A program made the translations under genes and the position numbers. From positions 27,767 to 91,766 of the IMG/VR virus record IMGVR_UViG_3300013383_000021: DNA of 64,000 bases. One strand, given 5' to 3'. This document shows, one piece after another, positions 10,046 through 19,130 of this stretch (position 1 is the first letter of the stretch; every line of letters starts with the position of its first letter). Under the pieces are notes generated by a model. That model was not told the origin of the DNA, did no database searches, and was given only the letters and a program-made list of their open reading frames with translations. Source of the stretch: a virus. Taxonomy: Duplodnaviria; Heunggongvirae; Uroviricota; Caudoviricetes.

Positions 10046-11473
10046 ATGAATGACAAGAATGTAAGACTTGTTTTCAACTCTGCACTAAAGAACATCATGT
10101 CATGCAACGAATCGTTTGACCAGGGTGTCCTGCGCATTGCTTACCACGGGGAGAACCGCAATGGTTCCTATATCAGTAAGGAAGTGTTTGAGAAGTGCTT
10201 ACCGTCTATGTACAACGTACCGGTTGTTGCTAACTACATGCGAGACGACGACATGATTGGCGGGCATGACACTGAGATTGTTCGCAAGAACAGACTCCCA
10301 AAGATGGTAAATATCACTCACCCCGTTGGTGTTATCCCCGAGTCAGCAACTAATTGGTGGGAGTTGGTTACGGAAGAAGATGGCTCTGTTCATGAATATC
10401 TGTGTACCGACGTCCTGCTTTGGAAGCGACAAGAGGCGTATGAAAAGATCGTCAGTGACGGAATCGTTTATGAATCTATGGAGATCAAAGTTAAAGAAGA
10501 TCACCTAGATAATGGCGTGTACGTAATTGATGATTTTGAATTTTTAGCATTTTGTTTGCTTGGCAATTGCGAGCCTTGTTTTGAATCTGCGTCCCTTACT
10601 ACCTTCAGTTCTGACGCATTTACAACAGAGCTATATGCAATGCTCGAAGAAGTGCCTATGGCAACTAGAAACTATTTAGAAGGGGTGACAAACAAGTTGG
10701 TTAATAAAAAGCTAAAGCTGGTCGAGAAGTATGGACTGACATTGGATGACCTGGATTTTGAACTGGCTGCTTATCCTGAAAGCGAAGTAGAAGATAAGTT
10801 GGCGGCAATCAGAGCGCGTCTTGGTATGCCTCAGATTGATGAAGAAGATCCCGTCGCGACTCCTCCGGAAGAGGAGGAGCCTGACACTCCCACTCCTCCC
10901 ACGCCAGAGAATCCAACTGAAGAGAACCCGACTGAACCCGGCACCGATCCTGATACTGACCCTGACACAGACGAGTCCCAAGACTCCGGCCAGGATGACA
11001 ACCAGGAAGATGTTGAAGAACATTCTTTGGAAGAAGATCAGGTAGATCATGCAAAGGATGATTCAGAGGATGAGGAAGATAAGAAACCTCATGACAACGA
11101 TGATGAGTTTGCTTGTGGTGAAGACGAAAAGAAAGCGTCTAATTCTATTTCTGAAGAAGACTTTGCTCTGCTAAAGAGAGAGCTTGAAGAACTCAGAGAG
11201 TTCAAGAATCAGATTCTATCAGAAAAGAAAGCAGAACTGTTCAATATGTTCTCTGACCTTGAATCAAATGAAGATTTCAAGAATCTAAAAAATGATGCGG
11301 ACAAGTATGACCTGGCCGCAATTGAAGAGAAGTGTTTCGCCATTCGTGGCCGAACTGCAACATTCTCTATGAATCAAACTTACAAGAAGGCACCTGTGCT
11401 ACCGGTGCTCGATCATGACCCCACCTATGAACCTTATGGTGGTGTTGTAAAGAAATACCTACATAACAAATAA
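10046..11473 (+). CDS. putative scaffolding/prohead-core protein with acidic Pro/Glu/Asp linker and C-terminal coiled coil
   Basis: Located between portal and capsid. Strong RBS aaggaggtg. Low-complexity PTPPTPENPTEENPTEPGTDPDTDPDTDE. Confidence 0.45.
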   Translation: MNDKNVRLVFNSALKNIMSCNESFDQGVLRIAYHGENRNGSYISKEVFEKCLPSMYNVPVVANYMRDDDMIGGHDTEIVRKNRLPKMVNITHPVGVIPESATNWWELVTEEDGSVHEYLCTDVLLWKRQEAYEKIVSDGIVYESMEIKVKEDHLDNGVYVIDDFEFLAFCLLGNCEPCFESASLTTFSSDAFTTELYAMLEEVPMATRNYLEGVTNKLVNKKLKLVEKYGLTLDDLDFELAAYPESEVEDKLAAIRARLGMPQIDEEDPVATPPEEEEPDTPTPPTPENPTEENPTEPGTDPDTDPDTDESQDSGQDDNQEDVEEHSLEEDQVDHAKDDSEDEEDKKPHDNDDEFACGEDEKKASNSISEEDFALLKRELEELREFKNQILSEKKAELFNMFSDLESNEDFKNLKNDADKYDLAAIEEKCFAIRGRTATFSMNQTYKKAPVLPVLDHDPTYEPYGGVVKKYLHNK

Positions 11474-11487
11474 GGAGGTAGACGAAA

Positions 11488-11988
11488 TTGGCCTACACTG
11501 TATTTCGCTGTGATAGCATGCCCGGCACCGATCAGCGCACAATGATTACTTCTGTTCTGGTGCGGGATGGCGATGGTAAGAACATCGCTGTTGAAAATGG
11601 CACCATCGTTGAGATTGGTGCTCTTGTTCCTGGTGAACACGATCTGTATTATGCAACTCTAGCAACCGCATCTTCTGCTCTGAAGAATTGCGCTGTGCTC
11701 GGCACCACTGAAATCGTTTACGACGAATGTACTCATAAGAATTTGGATGACTTCATTAACGAAGCTGGTAAGCCCGCCACCGCCTATAGACTAGGCCGTG
11801 AGGGCGTTTTTTCTGTCACCGCTGAGGGTTTTGTTGGAGGCACTGTCCCTACTGCTACAGCAGTTGCTGTGTCTCTGGGTGCTAATGGTAAGATTACCGC
11901 TCCTGCAGTCACTAGCGCAACTGCGCTTGGTAAGGTAATTGCCATTGATAAGACTGCTCGTTATACATTCTATGCGATTGAAATGTAA
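11488..11988 (+). CDS. head protein (decoration/scaffold-associated), TTG start
   Basis: RBS aaggaggt. 166 aa. Immediately upstream of the capsid gene. Confidence 0.4.
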   Translation: MAYTVFRCDSMPGTDQRTMITSVLVRDGDGKNIAVENGTIVEIGALVPGEHDLYYATLATASSALKNCAVLGTTEIVYDECTHKNLDDFINEAGKPATAYRLGREGVFSVTAEGFVGGTVPTATAVAVSLGANGKITAPAVTSATALGKVIAIDKTARYTFYAIEM

Positions 11989-12005
11989 GAAAGGAGGACT
12001 CGAAA

Positions 12006-13010
12006 ATGAATGTTGATATGAATCTGGTTCAGCTGGCCGTTGACGTTGTCAAGGGTAAACCTGAGAACTATTCTAAGGAACAGGGTCTGGAAGCTATGCG
12101 TAATGCCCTAATTGAAATTAACGGCGGCACCACTCTGGGCTATAAGCAGATGAGAGATGGTGCTTACAATGGTCTGTTTGCTCTGATCGAAGAGATTATT
12201 CCCCGCACCGTTGTTGAAGGTCTGCAGGGCGATGAGATGTTCACCTCTCTGGTTGACTTCCGTAACGTCGCAGAAGGCGATGAATCTACTTTCGTGGTAG
12301 AGGATGTAAACTGGTATGATGTCTCCACTGTGGCACCTGGTGTCCGTGGCCTGCGCCGTCAGAGACTGGGTGGGGCTACCACTAAGACTATCCACACCGA
12401 AATGCACGGTGTTCGCATTTACGAGCCTCTGCGTAGACTGCTGGCCGGTCGTGTTGACTTTAATGAGTTTATCAATAGAGTCGGTGAATCTTATCGTCAG
12501 AAGGTTCTGAATGATATCTACACTTGCTGGGCTGGTCTGACTTCTGACGACCTGGACGGGACTGCTTTCTTCCCTGCTGCTGGTTCTTATGACGAGGGTA
12601 CTGTGCTGGATGTCATTCAGCATGTCGAAGCTGCTTCTGGCAAGCAGGCAATCATCATGGGTACTATGAAGGCTCTGCGTAATCTGGCTCCCTCTATTCA
12701 GGGTCTGGAATACAAGTCTGATATGTACAACATGGGTTATGCTGGCAAGTTCTTCGGTACTCCTGTTATCAAGACTCCTCAGCGTCATAAGATTGGCACT
12801 CATGACTTCATCTTCCCTGATGACACTCTGCATATCATTGCTACTGACTCTAAGCCTATCAAGATGGTTTATGAGGGTAATAGCATTATCAAGCTAACTG
12901 ATGCTCTGGATAACGCAGATATGACTCAGGAATATGAATTCTACGACATGTATGGCATGGGCGTCGTGACTTCTTGCAACGACGGTATTGGCCGTATTCA
13001 GTTCTCTTAA
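12006..13010 (+). CDS. major capsid protein (putative)
   Basis: 334 aa. Strong RBS aaaggagg. High-expression codon usage. Followed by a strong terminator. Confidence 0.6.
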   Translation: MNVDMNLVQLAVDVVKGKPENYSKEQGLEAMRNALIEINGGTTLGYKQMRDGAYNGLFALIEEIIPRTVVEGLQGDEMFTSLVDFRNVAEGDESTFVVEDVNWYDVSTVAPGVRGLRRQRLGGATTKTIHTEMHGVRIYEPLRRLLAGRVDFNEFINRVGESYRQKVLNDIYTCWAGLTSDDLDGTAFFPAAGSYDEGTVLDVIQHVEAASGKQAIIMGTMKALRNLAPSIQGLEYKSDMYNMGYAGKFFGTPVIKTPQRHKIGTHDFIFPDDTLHIIATDSKPIKMVYEGNSIIKLTDALDNADMTQEYEFYDMYGMGVVTSCNDGIGRIQFS

Positions 13011-13024
13011 TTGACAACTATTTT

Positions 13025-13052
13025 AGCCGCCCCTTCTCAGGGGCGGCTTTTA
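13025..13052 (+). terminator. rho-independent terminator
   Basis: agccgcccc-ttctca-ggggcggct followed by ttta. Confidence 0.8.
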
Positions 13053-13071
13053 GGAAAGAAAGGATTTTAAA

Positions 13072-13653
13072 ATGGCAGCAAGTAAAACAGGCGTAAAGAA
13101 GGGCACACTGACCGGTACTCCTGCAGCTAGCGCAAAAGCGCCGGAAGAAACTGTGGCAGCTACCGAAGCGGTGGTTGAAAAGAAAAAGCCTTCAAAGCTG
13201 AAGGTTCGGAAAGCACTTGACCCTAATCTTTATGTAAGTGTTAAAAATGGTTTCCACGGATCTTTGTTTTATAAGGACGCAACGACTGGTGAGGAACATA
13301 GATGGTCTGAGTTCGGCGACGAGATCGAAATGACCTTTGGTTCACTGCAGAGAGCAAGAAGTGCTCAACGTAAGTTCTTCACGGAGAACTGGTGGTTGAT
13401 TGACGATCCGGAAGTGCTGGAAGCTCTGAATGCTACACAGTATTATAAGGACGCTTTGACCTATGAAGACTTTGAAGATCTGTTCTCTTTGAAGGCAGAC
13501 GAAGTTAAAGACAAAGTATCTGGTCTGTCTCGTAGTCAGAAGCGCGGAGTCGTGTACGTTGCAAAGCAAAAGATTGAAGATGGTAAACTAGCAGACCTTA
13601 ATGTTATTAGAGCTTTGGAAGAAGCACTAGGCACCGAGCTGATTTATAAGTGA
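13072..13653 (+). CDS. hypothetical head-associated protein
   Basis: 193 aa. RBS aggaaagaaagga. Confidence 0.5.
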   Translation: MAASKTGVKKGTLTGTPAASAKAPEETVAATEAVVEKKKPSKLKVRKALDPNLYVSVKNGFHGSLFYKDATTGEEHRWSEFGDEIEMTFGSLQRARSAQRKFFTENWWLIDDPEVLEALNATQYYKDALTYEDFEDLFSLKADEVKDKVSGLSRSQKRGVVYVAKQKIEDGKLADLNVIRALEEALGTELIYK

Positions 13654-13662
13654 GGTTGATTT

Positions 13663-14166
13663 ATGGCGACTTCATTCGATGTGTTTACCGGAGCGTTTTT
13701 GAACAAAATCACATCGTATGATTATGTCAATATGGAAGAAGATGTGTTCAACGAACAAGCTGATCAATTTCTTTTTTCCGCCTGCTCCGAATTTGAAAAT
13801 ATCTTTCGGCGTCGCACCGGCTTGTCCTTTTCCGACAAAGATTTAGAAGCCCGGCAATTCAACTGGGATCTCCCGGTGTGCATTACCGAATATCATGATA
13901 AACGTCTTGATGATTATATTACCTCTGATGAGGTAGTTGATATTATTTCTGAAGGTATGCTGCTCAAATGGTTGAGCGGCTTTTTATTTAGCGGAGATCA
14001 CTTTGTTCTGGGTAACTTTCTAAAGACAAAAGACTTCTCGCCCTACTCCCCTTCTAATTTCATCAGTAATATGCAGGGTCTTTACTCAACAACAAAGTCG
14101 AATTATAAAAACATGATTAACGAGTTTTCTTATAATCATGGGGCGCTGCACAAGCTGCATATGTGA
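13663..14166 (+). CDS. hypothetical structural protein (head-tail joining region)
   Basis: 167 aa. RBS gaggttga. Confidence 0.5.
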   Translation: MATSFDVFTGAFLNKITSYDYVNMEEDVFNEQADQFLFSACSEFENIFRRRTGLSFSDKDLEARQFNWDLPVCITEYHDKRLDDYITSDEVVDIISEGMLLKWLSGFLFSGDHFVLGNFLKTKDFSPYSPSNFISNMQGLYSTTKSNYKNMINEFSYNHGALHKLHM

Positions 14167-14179
14167 GCGGAGGTGTTTT

Positions 14180-14497
14180 ATGATACCAGACGCTATGATG
14201 CAGAAATACTTTGAGCGCACTGTGGGGAAGTTGTATAAGATTTTGCCGCTAAAAGAATGTGAAGAAGAGACTTTAAAAGAATACCTGGACACTTTATTGA
14301 CAGAGCTTATTGGTGTCGAGCTGTTAGATAATTTATCCTCGCAACCGTACTATATGAGTATCATTGGTATCGTATCTTACCTGTCCGACAATATATCAGA
14401 CTGCTCAGTAAAGAAAGTAAAGAAGAATGTTTTTCGAGCGATTGACCTGTGCAAGAAGCTAGAGGCATCGTATAAAGGTGGTGACGTTATTGAGTAG
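14180..14497 (+). CDS. hypothetical head-tail connector/adaptor-region protein
   Basis: RBS ggaggtg 5 nt before ATG 14180. Approx. 105 aa. Confidence 0.45.
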   Translation: MIPDAMMQKYFERTVGKLYKILPLKECEEETLKEYLDTLLTELIGVELLDNLSSQPYYMSIIGIVSYLSDNISDCSVKKVKKNVFRAIDLCKKLEASYKGGDVIE

Positions 14498-15482
14498 CCT
14501 AAGCAATTATAAACGTCGCCTATCTTATCTAAAAGACCCACCAAGAGAGCGTTGGTTGAAGAATACACAGAGTTGGATCAACAACAAACTACCAAACTCA
14601 TTGTCATTTCAAACAGCAGTCATTGATGGAGAAGAACGTAAGTGCGCTATTACTAGCACACAAAAGCTGAAGGAAAAGAACATTCATACTATGCCGGGCG
14701 AGACAATCTTTGCTGGCACATATGTAGAATGGGCTAATAGTATTTGGCTTATTACGTCCGTTGATGAATATAGCGAAGTGTATCAGACAGGACTAATGGT
14801 TCAGTGTAACTACAATCTAAAATGGGTGAATCCGAGCGGCGAAGTAGTGTCTCGTATGGTCGTCGCTATCGACGGCACTAAGTATCTGACCGGCGAATAC
14901 TCTCAGCAGTTTGTTACTGTCGGCGACGCTAGAATGCAGATTACAATGCCGAGGGACGAGGAGACTGCCTTGATAGATCGTGATGACAGATTTTTGATTG
15001 ACGACCCGAATGCGGAAGATATCCAGGCGTTTGAAGTTACCAAACTGAATAGAGCTAGTAGCGTTTACAACGGACATGGTGTCTATGTACATATGCTGGT
15101 TGAGAGTCCGCGTAATGACGAGGTTGATAATTACGAGCTGATGATTGCTAATTATTACGACCGAATTAAAAAGCCTGACGCGCCCAAGCCGGAGCCGACA
15201 AAAGATCATATTGAGATTATGGGTTTCGACAAGGGGTTCGTTTATATCGGTTCTAGGAACTCTTTGGTTGCTTCCGTTTATATTGACGGAGAGATCGCAA
15301 ATGAACAGGTCACGTATTCTGTTGATTGCGAGTCAAGTGTCGCGTTGGTAGCGCTGACAGGCGATCAAGCTATCCTGTCTGTTGGTAAGAACAGAGGTAA
15401 CATAGGCAAGAAGTTTGTCCTGACTGCTACATATGGTGAGTTAGAAGCAAAGAAAGAATTCACAGTAAAGGGGTGGTCATAA
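14478..15482 (+). CDS. hypothetical structural protein
   Basis: 334 aa. GTG/TTG start with aaaggtggtg RBS. Confidence 0.5.
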   Translation: MVTLLSSLSNYKRRLSYLKDPPRERWLKNTQSWINNKLPNSLSFQTAVIDGEERKCAITSTQKLKEKNIHTMPGETIFAGTYVEWANSIWLITSVDEYSEVYQTGLMVQCNYNLKWVNPSGEVVSRMVVAIDGTKYLTGEYSQQFVTVGDARMQITMPRDEETALIDRDDRFLIDDPNAEDIQAFEVTKLNRASSVYNGHGVYVHMLVESPRNDEVDNYELMIANYYDRIKKPDAPKPEPTKDHIEIMGFDKGFVYIGSRNSLVASVYIDGEIANEQVTYSVDCESSVALVALTGDQAILSVGKNRGNIGKKFVLTATYGELEAKKEFTVKGWS

Positions 15483-15970
15483 TGGGTCTATTGTATCCAG
15501 CACGTGTGTGCAAAGACAAAGCAATTGAGTGTATCCTATCTTCTCAAAAGATTGTTGATCTGCTCGGTGACGATGAGTTTAAGACTGCCCCAGCTCCTGG
15601 ACTTCTGTATAAGAAGGTCTTTCCTTTTGCCCGCATCCCAGAGACGACCGATATCGCGGCTCCATACATTTGTTGCGAGACGAATATTACAAGTATCAGT
15701 AGTGACACTGTGTGTGACGTCGAGCTTATGATCTTTGTTACATGCCATACGACTATGATGCGTGGCGAGTTTGGCACTCTTGTCGATATGATTGCTGATG
15801 CGATTGATGATGAGATCAATCACAAGCACGGGTTTGGTATTGGTAAGGTAACGCCTTCAGAACGCTACCCCGTTGGATATGTTCTGCCGAACTACAACTA
15901 TATCACAAGAAAGGTAGTGTACCTGTTTAAAGACTTCAACTTTAGACACGGGGCAAAAGATTATGGTTGA
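15482..15970 (+). CDS. hypothetical structural protein (neck/tail completion region)
   Basis: RBS aaaggggtgg before ATG 15482. Confidence 0.5.
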   Translation: MGLLYPARVCKDKAIECILSSQKIVDLLGDDEFKTAPAPGLLYKKVFPFARIPETTDIAAPYICCETNITSISSDTVCDVELMIFVTCHTTMMRGEFGTLVDMIADAIDDEINHKHGFGIGKVTPSERYPVGYVLPNYNYITRKVVYLFKDFNFRHGAKDYG

Positions 15971-16712
15971 TTCCTTCACAAAGCTGGAGCTGAACTACAC
16001 AGGTTCTTTACCGGTAGAGGGGGTCGGCCATATACGTTGCCCTACTACCAATGAGATTGTAGAAGCTGGCGGCGAGGACGTATACAACTGGCGGATCGGT
16101 ATGCTTCTATATACGAAGTCTCAACTAGCAGATAACTTAAACATAGAGCTAACGCCAGATGTTGTAGAAGAGCTAAACTCCACTCCCCTCTTTTTGTTCT
16201 TGGTTGCGCAACAGGATTTTCGTAATGCAGTCGCAGAAGCGTTGTCATTCTTTCTAGATGAACGTCTTGTGTTTGATGAGCCGTCGGCGTCCTTTTTGAC
16301 GCTACGTCCTGGTACAGATGATATTGTCGGGAATATCAATTGCAATAACTATGAGCAGGTACGAGATTTAATTTTGCAGCGCAACTATATGTCCCCTCCA
16401 AAAGAAGGGGCCGTTAAAAAGAAGAGTAAGAAAGAGCTGGAGCGTGAAGCAAAGATAGCAGCAGGCAGAAAGAGGTCTAAGAAATATAAGGACAGACAGG
16501 ATGCTATGCGGCTAGATAACGTCACATCTAAGTTGGCAGCAAGATCATACTCGATGAGCATTCAAGACGTTTACAACTTAACAGTGTATCAACTGTACGA
16601 TCAATTTAACGAAATCAATATGTCCCTACAGATTGACACCATCCTTACGCGCTGGAGCGTGTGGGGTAAAGATGACTTTGACTTCTCTGTTTGGTGTCGT
16701 CCGAATGAGTGA
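15963..16712 (+). CDS. hypothetical structural protein
   Basis: 249 aa. Overlapping start. Followed by a terminator. Confidence 0.5.
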   Translation: MVDSFTKLELNYTGSLPVEGVGHIRCPTTNEIVEAGGEDVYNWRIGMLLYTKSQLADNLNIELTPDVVEELNSTPLFLFLVAQQDFRNAVAEALSFFLDERLVFDEPSASFLTLRPGTDDIVGNINCNNYEQVRDLILQRNYMSPPKEGAVKKKSKKELEREAKIAAGRKRSKKYKDRQDAMRLDNVTSKLAARSYSMSIQDVYNLTVYQLYDQFNEINMSLQIDTILTRWSVWGKDDFDFSVWCRPNE

Positions 16713-16720
16713 CACTTGCT

Positions 16721-16748
16721 AACCGCCGTTATGGCGGTTTTATTTTTA
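16721..16748 (+). terminator. rho-independent terminator
   Basis: aaccgccgttatggcggtt followed by a T-run. Confidence 0.7.
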
Positions 16749-16770
16749 TATCTAATAGGAGGAATAAAAC

Positions 16771-17511
16771 ATGGGCGTTCCTAATATGGCGAACCGCGAG
16801 GTTTGTAATGCTGTTTTCTGTGAATATAAGACTAAAAAGCCTTTCCTGAATATGGACTACGCAAACGTGTCCACTGCCGAAATGACTGGTGAATCCGTTT
16901 ATGCTTATGGTGGCTGGGGCCATCCTAAGCGTGTCACTTTCTTTGGTGAGCGTGGCGGCACTATCAGCTTTGAAACTCAGATCACTCCGCTTGACCTGTA
17001 TTCTCTGATGACTGGTGGTGATATCGAGTCCGGTGCAAGCTGGCTGAAGCGTGAAGCGGTTACTGCAACCGAAGCGGGCAAGCTGACTGTCACCAGCCAG
17101 ACCGCAACTTCCGCAAACGTATTCAAGTTTGATGACGACTGCGGTACTGAGATCAGCGGTGCGCTGGCAAGCGGTACCTTCACTGCTGGTGAAGAAAATA
17201 AGATTGCCGTTGGCGATAAGTGCGTTGTCTATTACATGGAAGAGCTGACTTCCGCAAAGAAGATCTCTATCAAGTCTACTACCTTCCCCAAGTATTTCAC
17301 TGCCTACATGGAAACTAAGGATAAGACTGAGGCCGGTGAAGATGTCTGGTTCCGAATGATTGCTTACAAGTGCGCACCTCAGACTGACTTTACTCTGGAG
17401 ATGTCTAACAACGGCGATCCTGCAAGCGTTACTATCACCTGTGACCTGATGGTCGATACTGAAAACGATAACAACATCCTGGATATGATTTTGCTGGACG
17501 AGAACGATTAA
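16771..17511 (+). CDS. major tail (tube) protein (putative)
   Basis: RBS aataggagg. 246 aa. Flanked by strong terminators, i.e. highly expressed. Sits upstream of the chaperone/TMP genes. Confidence 0.55.
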   Translation: MGVPNMANREVCNAVFCEYKTKKPFLNMDYANVSTAEMTGESVYAYGGWGHPKRVTFFGERGGTISFETQITPLDLYSLMTGGDIESGASWLKREAVTATEAGKLTVTSQTATSANVFKFDDDCGTEISGALASGTFTAGEENKIAVGDKCVVYYMEELTSAKKISIKSTTFPKYFTAYMETKDKTEAGEDVWFRMIAYKCAPQTDFTLEMSNNGDPASVTITCDLMVDTENDNNILDMILLDEND

Positions 17512-17536
17512 CCGGATTCTATCCATACCTATTCTA

Positions 17537-17567
17537 GGGGTACGGAATATTCCGTACCCCTATTTTT
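17537..17567 (+). terminator. rho-independent terminator
   Basis: ggggtacgga-atat-tccgtacccc followed by tattttt. Confidence 0.85.
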
Positions 17568-17582
17568 AACCTAGGAGGAAAT

Positions 17583-18056
17583 ATGCGTATACTCGCGTTA
17601 GATCAGGCGACTGCTATTAGCGGGTACGCCGTATTGGAAGATGGCGTTTGTATTGAATCAGGCGTCATTGATTTAAGCAAGGACAAAGATGCCGAAAGGC
17701 GGATTGGGTATATGATGATCAGTCTTTGTCACATCATAGTAACTTCAAACGCAGACTTGGTAGTGTTTGAGGATATACAAAAACAAGTGAACGTAAGTAC
17801 ATACAAATCTTTAGCTCGTATACAAGGAGCGATTATGGCGTGGTGCTACTATCACGACATTGAGTTCTATTGCATCCTGCCGACGGCCTGGAGAAAGAAA
17901 TTAGGTTTTCATCAAGGGAAAGGTATTAAGAGTAAAGAGCTAAAACAACAGGCGATTGCCTATGTAAAAGACAAATTGGATAAAGATGTTGGGCCAGACG
18001 AAGCAGACGCAATTTGTATTGGATTGTCACACTTTGCTACACTGGCTAACGAATGA
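17583..18056 (+). CDS. RuvC-family Holliday junction resolvase
   Basis: MRILALDQATAISGYAVL (catalytic Asp7). VVFEDIQKQ (catalytic Glu). PDEADAICIGLSH (DxxD...H), which aligns to E. coli RuvC motifs. Confidence 0.7.
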   Translation: MRILALDQATAISGYAVLEDGVCIESGVIDLSKDKDAERRIGYMMISLCHIIVTSNADLVVFEDIQKQVNVSTYKSLARIQGAIMAWCYYHDIEFYCILPTAWRKKLGFHQGKGIKSKELKQQAIAYVKDKLDKDVGPDEADAICIGLSHFATLANE

Positions 18057-18706
18057 AAGGGATAATTATGAATAACGAAGAAAACAAGCGCATCAGTGTT
18101 GATGCTTTAAATAAATATTTCAAGGAACAAGATAATTCACCTAATGATATAGTTGTTGAGATCGGTGATGGGATTATGTTTCGCGTTAAAAAGAGTATTA
18201 CCGCAGATCAATTCGCTGCAGCAGTAGAAGCCGGAATCTCTTCTTGCTTTGCTAATGATGAGTATTTGCCTTGGCTTAAAGATGTCGCGTATATGCACGC
18301 TGTGCTAGTCGCATTTACTGATATTGATTTTGATGAGGCAGATGTGGAGTCAGAGTTCTTCCTTATGACTGCTACAGATGTTTACGACAAGGTGCTTGAT
18401 AAGGTGGATGAGAATCAGCTGTTTATTTTTGAAAACGCATTTGAGGAACAGTTGCAGGCACGCATTGATAAGATCAACAGCACAAGAGAAAAAGAGCTGA
18501 ATGAGGCATTGCTTATGCTGAAGTTCGTCACTCAGAAGTACAACGAAGTATCACTTGTGTTTAAGGAAATTATGGGTAGCGATTTGTCTGAGATCATTTC
18601 TGCTTTTTCAAAGAACGCTGAGTCTTTGAAGGCAAGCGTCAGCGCATTGGCAGAAGATTTCAGCAAGTATGTAGCTGAACAAGGTGGTAGCGGTGATAGT
18701 ATTTGA
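18053..18706 (+). CDS. tail assembly chaperone (acidic), putative
   Basis: 217 aa. Acidic. Sits directly upstream of the TMP. Confidence 0.5.
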   Translation: MKGIIMNNEENKRISVDALNKYFKEQDNSPNDIVVEIGDGIMFRVKKSITADQFAAAVEAGISSCFANDEYLPWLKDVAYMHAVLVAFTDIDFDEADVESEFFLMTATDVYDKVLDKVDENQLFIFENAFEEQLQARIDKINSTREKELNEALLMLKFVTQKYNEVSLVFKEIMGSDLSEIISAFSKNAESLKASVSALAEDFSKYVAEQGGSGDSI

Positions 18707-19112
18707 TAATTTCGCGGCTCTTGAAGCGCACATAATGGAAGAGCTTAGAGGTGTCATACATAACGAAATCCCAACTATGGTGGATGATGTTATAAAGGAA
18801 CATATCAACTCGGATGTCTACTCGTACAACCCCGAGTGGTATACACGCAGGGGTATGATGCAATCCGGAGCAAACCTAAAGCACTACGAAGGAGACTTAT
18901 CTCTTTTAGTGACAGATGAAACGCCAGGTAACACGCCGGTGTTCCCAGGTTATCAACCGTCTGGCACAGACCTAAGCTTCATTATAAACACAGGGGTACA
19001 AGGAAACGGGAATGGCATGTGGAGGAAAGCCTTTGCTAGACCATACATAGACAATGCACAAAAGGACGTCAATGCTAAAGTCATCGACGTCCTTCGTTCT
19101 AAATTTGGATAA
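18684..19112 (+). CDS. possible +1-frame extension of the tail assembly chaperone (GT-like), or a separate small gene
   Basis: Overlaps the 3' end of the chaperone in the +1 frame. That frame is open only from 18675. No canonical RBS. Confidence 0.3.
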   Translation: MVAVIVFDNFAALEAHIMEELRGVIHNEIPTMVDDVIKEHINSDVYSYNPEWYTRRGMMQSGANLKHYEGDLSLLVTDETPGNTPVFPGYQPSGTDLSFIINTGVQGNGNGMWRKAFARPYIDNAQKDVNAKVIDVLRSKFG

Positions 19113-19130
19113 TATCAAGGTGGTGAGATC

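Noticed and set aside
12108-12833. 241-aa - strand ORF antisense to the capsid gene
   Set aside because: It lies fully inside a strongly supported + strand CDS. It has no RBS and a low-complexity composition typical of antisense read-through.
16729-17526. 265-aa - strand ORF antisense to the major tail gene
   Set aside because: It is embedded antisense in a + strand gene flanked by + strand terminators. It is likely spurious.
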